DNA of 64,000 nucleotides. It comes from Gemmatimonadales bacterium (GTDB taxonomy: Bacteria; Gemmatimonadota; Gemmatimonadetes; Gemmatimonadales; GWC2-71-9). How positions within the stretch are numbered: position 1 is the stretch's first letter; the number at the start of each line of letters is the position of its first letter. Where the stretch lies: assembly GCA_035278885.1 (NCBI GenBank), contig DATEIR010000064.1, positions 9,351 through 73,350 of the forward strand, written 5' to 3'. The notes under the pieces are model-generated. The model saw only the letters and a program-made list of their open reading frames with translations. It was not told the origin of the DNA and searched no databases. Position numbers and translations under genes: made by a program. Shown piece by piece: positions 55,421-64,000 of the stretch.

Positions 55421-57574
55421 TCATCCCGTGGGCGGGTCGTCGCCCGCGGTCTCGCCCCGGATGGCCGGGACGTAATACTCCTGAACGTAATCCTGCACCA
55501 TCCGCCGCGCGGTAAAGCGGCGGCCGGCCAGCCGCATCGCGTGCCGCATCTTCTCTACCCAGCCGTGGGGCACCCCGGCGGCGTTGCGGGTGTAGTAGAG
55601 CGGGACGATCTGGTCCTCCAGCAGACGGTAGAACCGCTCGGCGTCGGCCGCGTCCGCGTCCTCGGTTTCGCCGGCCGGTGCGATGGCCCAGCCGCTGAGG
55701 CCGTCGTAGGCCTCCTGCCACCAGCCGTCGAGCGTGCCCAGCTGGGGCACCCCGTTGAGTCCCGCCTTCATTCCGCTGGTGCCGGAGGCCTCGAGCGGCA
55801 CGCGCGGCAGGTTGAGCCAGAGATCCACGCCCTGGACCAGCAGGTGGGCCAGGTGCATGTCGTAGTCTTCCAGGAAGGCCACCCGGCCCTCGAATTCCGG
55901 GTCGCGGGTGAACTGGTAGACGCTCTGGAGCACTTCCTTGCCCGGGTTGTCGGCCGGGTGCGCCTTGCCGGCAAAGATGATCTGCACCGGGCGCCGCTGG
56001 TTGACCAGCAGGCCGCGCAGCCGGTCGAGATCGCGGAAGATCAGGTTGGCCCGCTTGTAGGTGGCGAAGCGCCGGGCGAAGCCGATGGTGAGAGCGGAGG
56101 GGTCCAGCAGGGTGCCCGCGCCCACCACTTGCGCCGCCTCCTTGAACCGCGCGGCGAAGCGGCGGCGGGCATCCTCCCGCACCCGGTTGGTGAGGGTGTA
56201 CTTGAGCTTGGTGTGCTCCTCCCAGAGCCGGTGGGTGTCGAGCGTCAGGACCTGGTCCCACAGCGCAGGGTCGTCCACCCGCTCGCCCCAGTCGCGGCCC
56301 AGATGGTCGTCCAGCAGCTCCATGAGCGAGCTCGCCATCCAGGTGGCGAGGTGGACCCCGTTGGTCACGTGCCCGACCGGCACCGCCTCCCATGGCCGCC
56401 CCGGCCAGAGGTCGCGCCACAGGTTGCGGCTCACCTGCCCGTGTCGGCGGCTCACTCCGTTCACCCGGGCGGAGAGCCGCATGGCGCACACCGTCATGTG
56501 GAACTGACCCGGCAGCGCAGGGTGCTCGCCGAGCTGGTACAGCTCGTCGCGCTCGATCCCCATCTCCTGCCAGACCGGGCCGGCACACGCCTCGAGCTGC
56601 TCGACCGAGAACGCATCGTGGCCGGCCGGCACGGGCGTGTGGGTGGTGAAGACGCCCTGGGCGCGAACCCGCTTCACGGCTTCGCCGAGCGAGGTGCCGG
56701 TGGTGGTGAGCTCCCGGAGCCGCTCGATCATCATGAAGGCGGCGTGGCCCTCGTTGGCGTGCCAGACGGAAGGGTTGATGCCCATCGCCCGGAGCACCCG
56801 CACGCCACCCACGCCGAGGATCCACTCCTGCCGGACCCGGAGCTCGGGGCCGCCCGCATAGAGCTTGTTCATCAGCCCGCGGTCGTCGGCGTGGTTGGTC
56901 TCGAGGTTGGTGTCCAGGAGATAGAGCGGCACCCGGCCCACCATGACCCGCCAGGCGCGCACCTGCACCGGTCGTCCCGAGGTCTCGACCGTAGTGAGGA
57001 ACGGCTGGCCATTGGGCCCGGCGACGGGGGTCACCGGGGTGAGGCTGATGTCGTACTCCTCGTCGCTGTCCTCCTGCCACCCGTCGAGCCGGAGTCGCTG
57101 GTCGAAGTACCCCTTCATGTAGAAGAGCCCCACCGCCACCATGGGCACGCCCAGGTCGCTCGAGGCCTTGCACTGGTCGCCGGCCAGGACGCCCAGGCCC
57201 CCCGAGTAGATCGGCACCGAGCTGTGCAGCCCGAATTCCGCGCAGAAGTAGGCCACCGGCCGCCCGTCGAGCTCGGGGTGGGCACGCCGAAACCAGGTGT
57301 CCCCGCTCGAGGTCTCGTGCCGCATCCGGGCCAGCACCTCGTCATAACGGCGGAGGAAATCGCTATCGCTGGCGCACGCGGCGAGCCGATCGGGGTCCGA
57401 CCGGCAGAGCAGCTCGAGCGGGTTGTGCCGGGTGAGGTGCCACAGCAGGGGATCGATGCTCCGGAAGAGACCGCGCGCCTCGCGGCTCCAGCTCCACCAG
57501 AGGTTCATCGCCAGCTCGGAGAGGCCTTCGATGCGGACGGGGAGGTACGGAATGCGCGTGGGCTGGGTCGTCAT
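55421..57574 (-). CDS. glgP: Alpha-glucan phosphorylase (GT35)
   Basis: LSELAMNLWWSWS, YFCAEFG, GGLGVLAGD and EASGTSGMKAGLNG (PLP-lysine context). Confidence 0.9.
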   Translation of the reverse strand: MTTQPTRIPYLPVRIEGLSELAMNLWWSWSREARGLFRSIDPLLWHLTRHNPLELLCRSDPDRLAACASDSDFLRRYDEVLARMRHETSSGDTWFRRAHPELDGRPVAYFCAEFGLHSSVPIYSGGLGVLAGDQCKASSDLGVPMVAVGLFYMKGYFDQRLRLDGWQEDSDEEYDISLTPVTPVAGPNGQPFLTTVETSGRPVQVRAWRVMVGRVPLYLLDTNLETNHADDRGLMNKLYAGGPELRVRQEWILGVGGVRVLRAMGINPSVWHANEGHAAFMMIERLRELTTTGTSLGEAVKRVRAQGVFTTHTPVPAGHDAFSVEQLEACAGPVWQEMGIERDELYQLGEHPALPGQFHMTVCAMRLSARVNGVSRRHGQVSRNLWRDLWPGRPWEAVPVGHVTNGVHLATWMASSLMELLDDHLGRDWGERVDDPALWDQVLTLDTHRLWEEHTKLKYTLTNRVREDARRRFAARFKEAAQVVGAGTLLDPSALTIGFARRFATYKRANLIFRDLDRLRGLLVNQRRPVQIIFAGKAHPADNPGKEVLQSVYQFTRDPEFEGRVAFLEDYDMHLAHLLVQGVDLWLNLPRVPLEASGTSGMKAGLNGVPQLGTLDGWWQEAYDGLSGWAIAPAGETEDADAADAERFYRLLEDQIVPLYYTRNAAGVPHGWVEKMRHAMRLAGRRFTARRMVQDYVQEYYVPAIRGETAGDDPPTG

Positions 57575-57732
57575 CCGGACAACATAGCGAGGCGTCGGGC
57601 GGGGGGGCAGTCTCGTCCGCGGGTGTCAAAAGCCAATACGGCGACGTGACGCGCAAGGTGACTGGATCGTGCAAACTGGTGCGCCGTTGACCGGCATGGT
57701 CGTAGCCGGAGGGAGTGTGTGCGGTTATTCAC

Positions 57733-57770
57733 CACGAAGACACGAAGACCACGAAGCCCACGAAGAAAAC
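57733..57770. repeat. Intergenic tandem CACGAAG repeat (4 units)
   Basis: CACGAAGA CACGAAGAC CACGAAGCC CACGAAGAAAAC between the glgP start and the ettA stop. The unit is the same as at 45780-45845. Confidence 0.7.
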
Positions 57771-57827
57771 GCGTTCTGGTGGGGTGTTTGTCGCGGCGGG
57801 TCAAAGGCAGCCGCCTGACAGCGTCGC

Positions 57828-59504
57828 TCAGCGGACCAGCTTCTTGAACCGGATCCGGTGCGGCTGGTCGGCCGAGGTGCCCTTCCGCTTGTGATAGTCG
57901 GCCGAGTAGTCGGCGTAGTTCCCCTCGTACCAGACCACTTCGCTGTCGCCCTCGAAGGCCAGGATATGGGTCGCGATGCGGTCGAGGAACCAGCGGTCGT
58001 GGCTGATCACCACCGCGCACCCGGCGAACCCCAGCAGCGCGTCCTCCAACGCCCGGAGCGTGTCGACGTCGAGGTCGTTGGTCGGCTCGTCGAGCAGCAG
58101 GAGATTGCCTCCGCTCTTGAGCAGCTTGGCCAGGTGCAGCCGGTTCCGCTCGCCGCCGGAGAGGGTGCCGACCTTCTTCTGCTGATCGCTGCCGCGGAAG
58201 TTGAACCCGGCCGCGTAGGCCCGGGCGTTCACGCTGCGCTTGCCGAATTGCAGGGTGTCCTGGCCGTCGGAGATTTCCTGATAGACCGTGTTGTCCGGGT
58301 CGAGCGCGTCCCGGCTCTGGTCCACGTAGGCGATCTGCACCGTCGACCCCACGGTGAGCGAGCCCCCGTCGGGCTGCTCCTGGCCGGTGATCATCCGGAA
58401 GAGCGTGGTTTTGCCCGCGCCGTTGGGGCCGATCACCCCCACGATGCCGCCGCGGGGCAGGGCGAAATTGAGATCTTCGATCAGCAGCCGGTCGCCGTAT
58501 CCTTTGCTCAGATTCCTGGCGACCACGACCTCGTCGCCCAGACGCTCGGGCACCGGGATCAGGATCTCGGCGCTGCCCTCGGTCTGCCGCGCCGCCTCTT
58601 CCCGCAGCTCCTCGTAGCGGGTGATGCGCGCCTTGTTCTTGGCCTGCCGGGCCCGCGGGGCCAGCCGCACCCACTCGAGCTCGCGCTGCAGGGTCTTCTG
58701 CCGGGCCGAGGCCTGCTTTTCCTCGGTGGCGAGCCGGCGCTCCTTCTGCTCCAGCCAGGAGGAGTAGTTCCCCTCCCAGGGGATCCCGGCGCCCTGATAC
58801 AGCTCGAGGATCCAGCCGGCCACATTGTCGAGGAAGTAGCGGTCGTGGGTCACGGCGACCACCGTGCCGGGGAACTGCGCCAGGAATCGCTCCAGCCACC
58901 AGACGCTTTCGGCGTCGAGGTGGTTGGTCGGCTCGTCGAGGAGGAGCATGTCGGGCTGTTCCAGCAGCACCCGGCAGAGCGCCACCCGGCGGCGCTCGCC
59001 GCCGGACAGCCTGGTGACGTCCGCGTCACCCGGCGGGAGGCGAAGCGCGTCCATCGCGATGTCGACCTTGTGGTCCAGCTCCCAGAGGCCGAGCGCGTCG
59101 ATCCGCTCCTGCAGGTTGCCCTGCTTCTCCAGCAGCCGCGTCATCTCGTCGTCGTCCATCGGCTCGGCGAAGCGGGCGCTGATCTCCTCGAACTGCCGGA
59201 GCATGCCGCGCTGCTCGGCCACGGCCTCCTCCACGTTGCCGCGCACGTCCTTGGCCGGATCCAGCTGCGGCTCCTGAGGGAGATAGCCGATCCTGGTGCC
59301 CGGAAGCGGGCGCGCGTCACCCAGAAAGTCCTTGTCCACCCCGGCCATGATCCGGAGCAGGCTGGATTTCCCGGCGCCGTTGGCGCCCAGGACGCCGATC
59401 TTGGCGCCGGGGAAGAAGGAGAGATAGATCCCCTTGAGGATCTCGCGGGAGGGGGGCACGACCTTCCGGAGGTCGCGCATCGTGAAGATGTATTCGCCGG
59501 CCAT
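57828..59504 (-). CDS. ettA: Energy-dependent translational throttle protein EttA (ABC-F ATPase)
   Basis: [15 protein letters not shown]..., two Walker A sites ([18 protein letters not shown]) and two LSGGE signatures. Typical EttA length. Confidence 0.9.
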   Translation of the reverse strand: MAGEYIFTMRDLRKVVPPSREILKGIYLSFFPGAKIGVLGANGAGKSSLLRIMAGVDKDFLGDARPLPGTRIGYLPQEPQLDPAKDVRGNVEEAVAEQRGMLRQFEEISARFAEPMDDDEMTRLLEKQGNLQERIDALGLWELDHKVDIAMDALRLPPGDADVTRLSGGERRRVALCRVLLEQPDMLLLDEPTNHLDAESVWWLERFLAQFPGTVVAVTHDRYFLDNVAGWILELYQGAGIPWEGNYSSWLEQKERRLATEEKQASARQKTLQRELEWVRLAPRARQAKNKARITRYEELREEAARQTEGSAEILIPVPERLGDEVVVARNLSKGYGDRLLIEDLNFALPRGGIVGVIGPNGAGKTTLFRMITGQEQPDGGSLTVGSTVQIAYVDQSRDALDPDNTVYQEISDGQDTLQFGKRSVNARAYAAGFNFRGSDQQKKVGTLSGGERNRLHLAKLLKSGGNLLLLDEPTNDLDVDTLRALEDALLGFAGCAVVISHDRWFLDRIATHILAFEGDSEVVWYEGNYADYSADYHKRKGTSADQPHRIRFKKLVR

Positions 59505-59507
59505 AGG

Positions 59508-59550
59508 CGGGGGAAGATAAGAAGAAAGGGCGCCCCAGCGGGAGCGCCCT
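59508..59550 (-). terminator. Rho-independent terminator between the SWIB gene and ettA
   Basis: Stem AGGGCGC/GCGCCCT (59527-59533 / 59544-59550). On the minus strand it is followed by TTCTTCTTATCTT. Confidence 0.55.
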
Positions 59551-59573
59551 CGGGACGACGGGATGGCCGACGA

Positions 59574-59930
59574 TCAGCTCATGTGACGGCTGACCAGCTT
59601 GGTCATGTCGAACATGGAGACCTGGCTCTTGCCGCCGAACACCGGACGGAGCTTGTCGTCGGCGTTGATGGCGCGACGGTTCCGGGCGTCCTGCAGGCCG
59701 TTCCGCTTGATGTAGGCCCAGAGCTTCTTGGTGATCTCGGTCCGCGGCATGGCGCTGTTGCCGATGACCGCGCCCAGCGCCGCGTCGGGCTGCATCGGCT
59801 TCATGAACGCCGCGCTCGGCGTGCGCTTCTTGCCGGACTTCTTGGCGGACTTGCGGGCGGTGGTCTTACGGGCGGGCTTCCGGGCGGACTTCTTGGCGGA
59901 CTTCTTGGCGCTCTTCTTCTTGGTGGCCAT
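59574..59930 (-). CDS. SWIB/MDM2-domain protein with Lys-rich histone-H1-like N-terminal tail
   Basis: In-frame ATG at 59930. N-terminal MATKKKSAKKSAKKSARKPARK..., then PRTEITKKLWAYIKRNGLQDARNRRAINADDKL (SWIB core). The rest of the tracked 701-aa ORF is antisense to the next gene. Confidence 0.8.
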   Translation of the reverse strand: MATKKKSAKKSAKKSARKPARKTTARKSAKKSGKKRTPSAAFMKPMQPDAALGAVIGNSAMPRTEITKKLWAYIKRNGLQDARNRRAINADDKLRPVFGGKSQVSMFDMTKLVSRHMS

Positions 59931-59993
59931 CGCGTGTCTCCCAGTGTGGGTGAGGACTCTGCGTGCCGCGCTACCTGCGGAACTCCCGAGACA

Positions 59994-60022
59994 ACAGTAC
60001 ATACCGGGGGCTGAGTTTCCAA
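59994..60022 (-). promoter_or_regulatory. Putative sigma70-type promoter of the SWIB gene
   Basis: On the minus strand: TTGGAA (60022-60017), a 17-nt spacer, then TACTGT (59999-59994), about 60 nt upstream of the ATG. Confidence 0.35.
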
Positions 60023-60024
60023 GA

Positions 60025-60128
60025 GGGAAAATGCGGTTTTCCGAGGGAAAACGGCCGTTTTCCTCCGAAAAAGGCAGATTTTCCCCCGGAAAACGCCCTT
60101 TTCCCCTCGGGAGCGGGCTATTTTTCCC
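60025..60128. promoter_or_regulatory. Array of helically phased GGAAAA / TTTTCC half-sites (4-5 tandem 6-bp-arm palindromes)
   Basis: GGGAAAA(60025-31)..TTTTCC(60037-42); GGGAAAA(60045-51)..TTTTCC(60058-63); CGAAAAA(60066-72)..TTTTCCC(60079-85); CGGAAAA(60087-93)..TTTTCCC(60099-105); TTTTTCCC(60121-28). A/T runs recur every 9-11 bp. Confidence 0.8.
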
Positions 60129-60182
60129 TCTGAACGCGCCGGCCGCCGGCCGGCACCTCGCTCCTCGTACCGGGTCTTCGCC

Positions 60183-61430
60183 ATGCCGTCCGTCTCCCTC
60201 CGCTCTCGCGCCGCCGCACTCCTCGCGCCACTGATTTTCCTGCTCGCCGCCCGGCCGGCCCCCGAGCCTCGTCGCCCGGCGTGCGCCGACGACAACGGCG
60301 GCCTGGTGCTCGCCGAAGGGCTCTGCGCCGTGGTGGTGGCGAGCGACGCGGGTGGCGTTCGCCAGCTCACCGTGGGACCCGACGGCGCGCTCTATGCCGC
60401 GCTGGCTCGCGGCGGGGCCGGCGTCCTCGCCCTGCGCGACCGGGACGGCGACGGCAAGCCCGAGGAGCGGGAGACGTTCGGCCCCGGTGGCGCGAACGAC
60501 GTCGCGCTGCACGAGGGATACCTCTACCTGGCGCTGAACGATCGCGTTCTCCGCTGGAAGCTCACGCCGGGCCGCCTCGTCCCCGCGGGCGAGCCGGAGA
60601 CCGTCGTGGCCGACCTGCCGGACGGCGGCGATCACCAGGCGAAGAGTCTCGCGTTCGGCCCGGGCACCACGATGTACGTGAACATCGCGTCCGCCACCAA
60701 CAGCTGTCAGCGGATGAACCGGATGGCCGGCTCGCAGGGTCTCGATCCCTGCCGGGAGCTGGAGCGCCGCGCCGGGATCTGGGCCTTCGACGCCGTGCGG
60801 CAGCGCCAGCGCTTCGCCGACGGCCGCCGGGTCGCGACCGGCCTGCGCAACGCCAGCGCGCTGACCACCCAGCCGGGCACCGGCGCGATCTGGGCGGCGG
60901 TGCAGGGGCGCGATCAGCTGGGCGACAATTGGGGCTTTTCCGATCAGGCCAACGCGGAGAATCCGGCGGAGGAGCTGGTGCACGTGCAGCAAGGCGATGA
61001 CTTCGGTTGGCCCTACTGCTACTTCAGCGTCACCTACGACAAGAAGGTGCTGGCCCCCGAGTACGGCGGCGATGGCCGCAAGATCGGCCGCTGCGCGGCC
61101 GCCAAGAATCCGGTGATCGCGTTCCCCGGCCACTGGGGGCCGCTCGCGCTCGCCTTCCACGATGGCGAGGGTCTGGGTCCGACGTTCCGGGACGGGCTCT
61201 TCGTCGCGTTCCACGGCTCCTGGAATCGCGCGCCGATGCCTCAGGCCGGGTACCGGGTCGTCTTCGCGCCCTTCGTCGATGGCAAGGCCACGGGGAAGTA
61301 CATCACCGTCGCCAGCGGCAGGAATCCCACCGGGCTCCGCCCCAGCGGGCTCGCGGTAGCGGATGACGGATCGTTGTTCGTGGCGGCGGACGCGAACGGG
61401 AAGATCTGGAGGATCGTCCGGGCATCGTAA
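60183..61430 (+). CDS. PQQ-dependent sugar (glucose/sorbosone) dehydrogenase-like beta-propeller protein
   Basis: Signal-like N-terminus. Motifs GLRNASAL, NPAEELVHVQQGDDFGWPYCY, AFPGHWGPLALAF and HGSWNR. Confidence 0.7.
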   Translation: MPSVSLRSRAAALLAPLIFLLAARPAPEPRRPACADDNGGLVLAEGLCAVVVASDAGGVRQLTVGPDGALYAALARGGAGVLALRDRDGDGKPEERETFGPGGANDVALHEGYLYLALNDRVLRWKLTPGRLVPAGEPETVVADLPDGGDHQAKSLAFGPGTTMYVNIASATNSCQRMNRMAGSQGLDPCRELERRAGIWAFDAVRQRQRFADGRRVATGLRNASALTTQPGTGAIWAAVQGRDQLGDNWGFSDQANAENPAEELVHVQQGDDFGWPYCYFSVTYDKKVLAPEYGGDGRKIGRCAAAKNPVIAFPGHWGPLALAFHDGEGLGPTFRDGLFVAFHGSWNRAPMPQAGYRVVFAPFVDGKATGKYITVASGRNPTGLRPSGLAVADDGSLFVAADANGKIWRIVRAS

Positions 61431-61440
61431 GAGGCTCCCG

Positions 61441-62730
61441 CTACCTCCCGAGCTCCTTCTCGACCTCCCGAAGATCCGCGCCGATCTCGACCGGCCGGTT
61501 GGCGCCCGGGGGCGGCGGCTCGGTGTCTCGATGGAACTGCAGCAGGGTACCGGGGTCCTTGAGCACGTGGCCGGTGAGCACGGCCACCACCCGATCCTGC
61601 GGACGGATCGTGCCCTGCGCGACGAGAGCCCGTACCCCGGCGACACTCGCGGCGCTCGCGGGCTCGCAACCCACTCCACAGGCGTCCACCGCGGCCTTGG
61701 CCGACAGGATCGCCTGGTCGTCCACCGCCAGCACCACGCCGTCGGTCTCCCGGATCGCCCGCACCGCGCGCTGGTAGGACGCGGGGTCGCCGATCCGGAT
61801 CGCGGTCGCCACCGTCTCGGCGCGTACCGCGTATCGATGGGCGAATCCCTCGGCGAAGCTGCGCGCGAACGGCGCCGCGCCCGACGCCTGCACGGCGGCG
61901 AGCCGAGGAAGGCGAGGGATCAGTCCCCAGGCGTGGGCCTCGTGCAGCGCCTTCCCGAACGCGGCGGTGTTCCCCAGGTTGCCCGCCGGTAGCACGATCC
62001 AGTCCGGCGGATCCCAGCCGAGCTGCTGCAGCAGCTCGAGCACGATCGTCTTCTGCCCCTCCAGCCGGAACGGATTGATCGAGTTGAGGAGGTAGACACC
62101 GAGCTTCACGCTCGCCTCTTCCACCAGCCGGAGGCAATCGTCGAAGTCTCCCCGGACCAGCAGCGTCCGCGCGCCGTAGGCGAGCGACTGGGCCAGCTTC
62201 CCCAACGCGACGTTGCCGGCCGGGACCAGCACCAGCGCGGGGATGCCGGCCTGCGCGGCGTAGGCCGCCAGCGAGGCCGACGTGTTGCCGGTGGACGCGC
62301 AGGCGACGGCGGCCGCGCCGAGGCGCACGGCCTGGGTCACGCCGACCGTCATGCCCCGATCCTTGAACGAGCCGGTCGGGTTGTGGCCCTCGTGCTTGAG
62401 CAGCAGCCGGCCGAGGCCGGTGTAGCGGTCCAGCGCCTCGCGATGGAGCAGGGGCGTGTTCCCCTCGGGATGGGACACCACGCGCTCGGCGCCGGGGAGC
62501 ACGACGTCGCGGAAGCGCCAGACGCCCGAGGCGGGCGCGTCCAGCCCTCGGCGCTGGCGGGTGTTGAAGCGCTCGATGAGCTGGTCGCGGGTCAGGTCGG
62601 GCGCGCGATGCTGCAGCTCCAGAAGGCCGCCGCACACCGGGCAGCGGGGGCGGGCATCGTTCACCGGCAGCTCGTTGCCGCATTCCCCGCAGGCCTGCCA
62701 GGTAGGCGGCCGATCGGTGCGGAACTTCAC
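61441..62730 (-). CDS. thrC: Threonine synthase
   Basis: N-terminal Zn-ribbon-like CGECG...CPVCGG, then HNPTGSFKDRGM (PLP lysine) and ASTGNTSAS. GTG start overlaps the thrB stop. Confidence 0.9.
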   Translation of the reverse strand: MKFRTDRPPTWQACGECGNELPVNDARPRCPVCGGLLELQHRAPDLTRDQLIERFNTRQRRGLDAPASGVWRFRDVVLPGAERVVSHPEGNTPLLHREALDRYTGLGRLLLKHEGHNPTGSFKDRGMTVGVTQAVRLGAAAVACASTGNTSASLAAYAAQAGIPALVLVPAGNVALGKLAQSLAYGARTLLVRGDFDDCLRLVEEASVKLGVYLLNSINPFRLEGQKTIVLELLQQLGWDPPDWIVLPAGNLGNTAAFGKALHEAHAWGLIPRLPRLAAVQASGAAPFARSFAEGFAHRYAVRAETVATAIRIGDPASYQRAVRAIRETDGVVLAVDDQAILSAKAAVDACGVGCEPASAASVAGVRALVAQGTIRPQDRVVAVLTGHVLKDPGTLLQFHRDTEPPPPGANRPVEIGADLREVEKELGR

Positions 62731-63680
62731 GCCCGCCTCGATGGATCATCGGTGAGCCGCGCACCTCGCCGATCGACCGCGCCCACGACCGACTCCGCCC
62801 GCCGACCACCGGCTGCGTGGGACGCCACCATGGCCGCCGCCACTCGCTCGGCCCGCTCGCGACCCCGTGCCAGGGCGAACGCGGTCGGACCGCTGCCCGA
62901 GATCGAGCTCCCCAGTGCGCCGGCCTCGAGCGCGGCCGCCTTGGCCTCGACGAAGCCCGGCAGGAGCCCGGCGCGCGCGGGCTCCGCGATCCGGTCGTCG
63001 ATCGCGCGGCCCAGCAGCTCGTAGTCGCCCGCCGCGAGCGCCGCGACCATCGCCGCTACCTGGGCTGCCTGGTGCAGGGCCACCGCCCGCGGCACGTCCC
63101 GGGGGAGGACGGCCCGGGCGTCGGCGGTGCGCATCCGCTGGTCCGGCCGCACCAGGACGACGAACAGCTCCGACGGCACGGGGAGCTGCACCAGGTCGAG
63201 CGGATCCACCGCGCGCAGCAGCACGATGCCGCCGAGCAGCGCCGGCGCCACGTTGTCCGCGTGCCGGCCCGCCACCGCCTCCTCGGCGTCGAGACACGCC
63301 TCGATCAGCGCCTCACGTTCGAGGGGGGAGCCCAGCAGCGCGTTGGTGGCGACGGCGCCCGCGACCGCCGAGGCGGCGCTCCCGCCCTGGCCGCCGGCGA
63401 GGGGAAGTCCCTTCCGGACCCGAAGGCCGATGCCGCGCTCGGGCGTGACGCCTGCCCGGCGCAGCACCGCCAGCGCGGCCAGCCCCGACGCGTGCCGCTC
63501 GGCGTCGGCCGGCAGCTCCGGGTGGCCGGCCTCGAGGATCCGCACGCCCCGGCCGTCGGTCCACTCCGCTCGTACCTCGTCGCCGGGGCCTTCGACGGCG
63601 AGCCCCACGATGTCGAGCCCCGGGCCTACGTTCCCCACGCTCGCCGGGGCGAAGGCGGTCACCGCGGCGGGGCCGCTCAC
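62727..63680 (-). CDS. thrB: Homoserine kinase (GHMP family)
   Basis: In-frame GTG at 63680 (GTGA overlap with the hom stop). Motifs APASVGNVGPGLD, GLPLAGGQGGSAASAVAG and SGSGPT. Confidence 0.85.
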   Translation of the reverse strand: MSGPAAVTAFAPASVGNVGPGLDIVGLAVEGPGDEVRAEWTDGRGVRILEAGHPELPADAERHASGLAALAVLRRAGVTPERGIGLRVRKGLPLAGGQGGSAASAVAGAVATNALLGSPLEREALIEACLDAEEAVAGRHADNVAPALLGGIVLLRAVDPLDLVQLPVPSELFVVLVRPDQRMRTADARAVLPRDVPRAVALHQAAQVAAMVAALAAGDYELLGRAIDDRIAEPARAGLLPGFVEAKAAALEAGALGSSISGSGPTAFALARGRERAERVAAAMVASHAAGGRRAESVVGAVDRRGARLTDDPSRRA

Positions 63681-64000
63681 GCGCCCGCCAGCCGCAGGAT
63701 GTCGTTGAGCACCCCGGCGGCCGTGACTTCGGCGCCCGCGCCGGGCCCGCGGATGACCAGCGGGTTGGCCTTGTAGCGCGCCGTGGTGAACACCAGCTGG
63801 TTGTCCGAGCCCCTGATGGACGCGAGCGGACTCCCCACCGGCACCGGCCGGAGCCCGACGGCGATCCGGCTCGGTGTCACCGTGGCGACGTAGCGGAGCA
63901 CGGAGCCCTGGGCCCGGGCCGCGTCCACCCGCCGCTTCCACCCGGCGTCGAGCTCCTCCAGGCGCTCGAGGAACTCGGCCAGCGGAATGGCTCGGGCCCA
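63677..64000 (-). CDS. hom: Homoserine dehydrogenase, C-terminal part (5' end outside window)
   Basis: The reading frame is open to the window edge. C-terminal ...NQLVFTTARYKANPLVIRGPGAGAEVTAAGVLNDILRLA is typical of Hom. It sits upstream of thrB-thrC. Confidence 0.8.
   Translation of the reverse strand, partial: WARAIPLAEFLERLEELDAGWKRRVDAARAQGSVLRYVATVTPSRIAVGLRPVPVGSPLASIRGSDNQLVFTTARYKANPLVIRGPGAGAEVTAAGVLNDILRLAGA

Noticed and set aside
55322-60014. Plus-strand ORFs 55322..57649 (775 aa) and 57858..60014 (718 aa)
   Set aside because: They are antisense to glgP and ettA respectively, with GC-driven open frames and biased composition.
60016-60130. CRISPR-like array?
   Set aside because: The units are only ~20 bp palindromes with no unique spacers of CRISPR size, and no cas genes are in the window. 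The same reasoning applies to the 8-9-nt CACGAAG tandems.
59931-61679. Upstream 583 codons of the 701-aa ORF ending in the SWIB domain
   Set aside because: This stretch runs antisense through the dehydrogenase-like gene and across the A/T-tract array. The SWIB protein starts at the ATG at 59930.
1-64000. Known defence or toxin-antitoxin systems (restriction-modification, Abi, CBASS, retrons, TA pairs)
   Set aside because: None of the supported products shows nuclease, helicase, methyltransferase, reverse-transcriptase, cyclase or typical toxin/antitoxin motifs.

Overview
All calls below come from motif and architecture recognition by eye; no alignment or search was run. The window is a G+C-rich chromosomal segment (roughly two-thirds G+C by eye) from a diderm bacterium. 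The gene content looks Gemmatimonadota-like, which is a low-confidence inference. Long stop-free antisense ORFs are common here and were discounted. I support about 55 protein genes, 3 tRNAs (Leu-GAG, Thr-CGT, Pro-GGG), several hairpin terminators and a few intergenic repeats. Genes are packed into operons with frequent overlapping stop/start codons (ATGA, GTGA, TGATG, TTGA).

Main blocks, left to right:
- 1-11997: a divergent ABC permease, then a family-5 binding-protein gene leading a long coupled operon (GHMP kinase, cytoplasmic heparinase II/III-like protein, class-III aminotransferase, tiny acidic ORF, two amidohydrolases, DapA-like, DHOD-like, OSBS/NAAAR-type enolase). The pathway is unknown.
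- 12882-18610: GH38 mannosidase, YkgJ-type Cys-cluster protein, M19 dipeptidase, SURF1 and an OM beta-barrel.
- 18649-27086: four tandem paralogous Ig-like-repeat lipoproteins.
- 27131-30668: two tRNAs, MgtC, an HExxH protein and an MltD-like transglycosylase.
- 30884-39281: the most unusual locus. Two divergent paralogs fuse a non-POTRA N-terminal domain, carrying a kinase-like GDWDRHRDQW...PIPRDRDQ motif, to an Omp85 barrel. They flank a coupled metallophosphoesterase lipoprotein, a YjiK-like propeller and a DUF4956 membrane protein.
- 39332-40890: an orphan hypothetical gene, a low-GC spacer and a Trp-rich acidic mini-protein, next to tRNA-Pro.
- 41271-64000: housekeeping genes. These are FKBP, an ECF sigma/anti-sigma/DUF4097 set, hutU-hutI, aguA-aguB, cytochrome c, a GH57-glgA-glgP glycogen operon, ettA, a SWIB protein, a sorbosone-dehydrogenase-like protein and hom-thrB-thrC.

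Non-coding points of note are a helically phased GGAAAA/TTTTCC array upstream of the SWIB gene, a 30-bp perfect inverted repeat, and a small family of CGAAG-type tandem-repeat hairpins. I saw no CRISPR array, integrase, transposase or recognisable defence genes.
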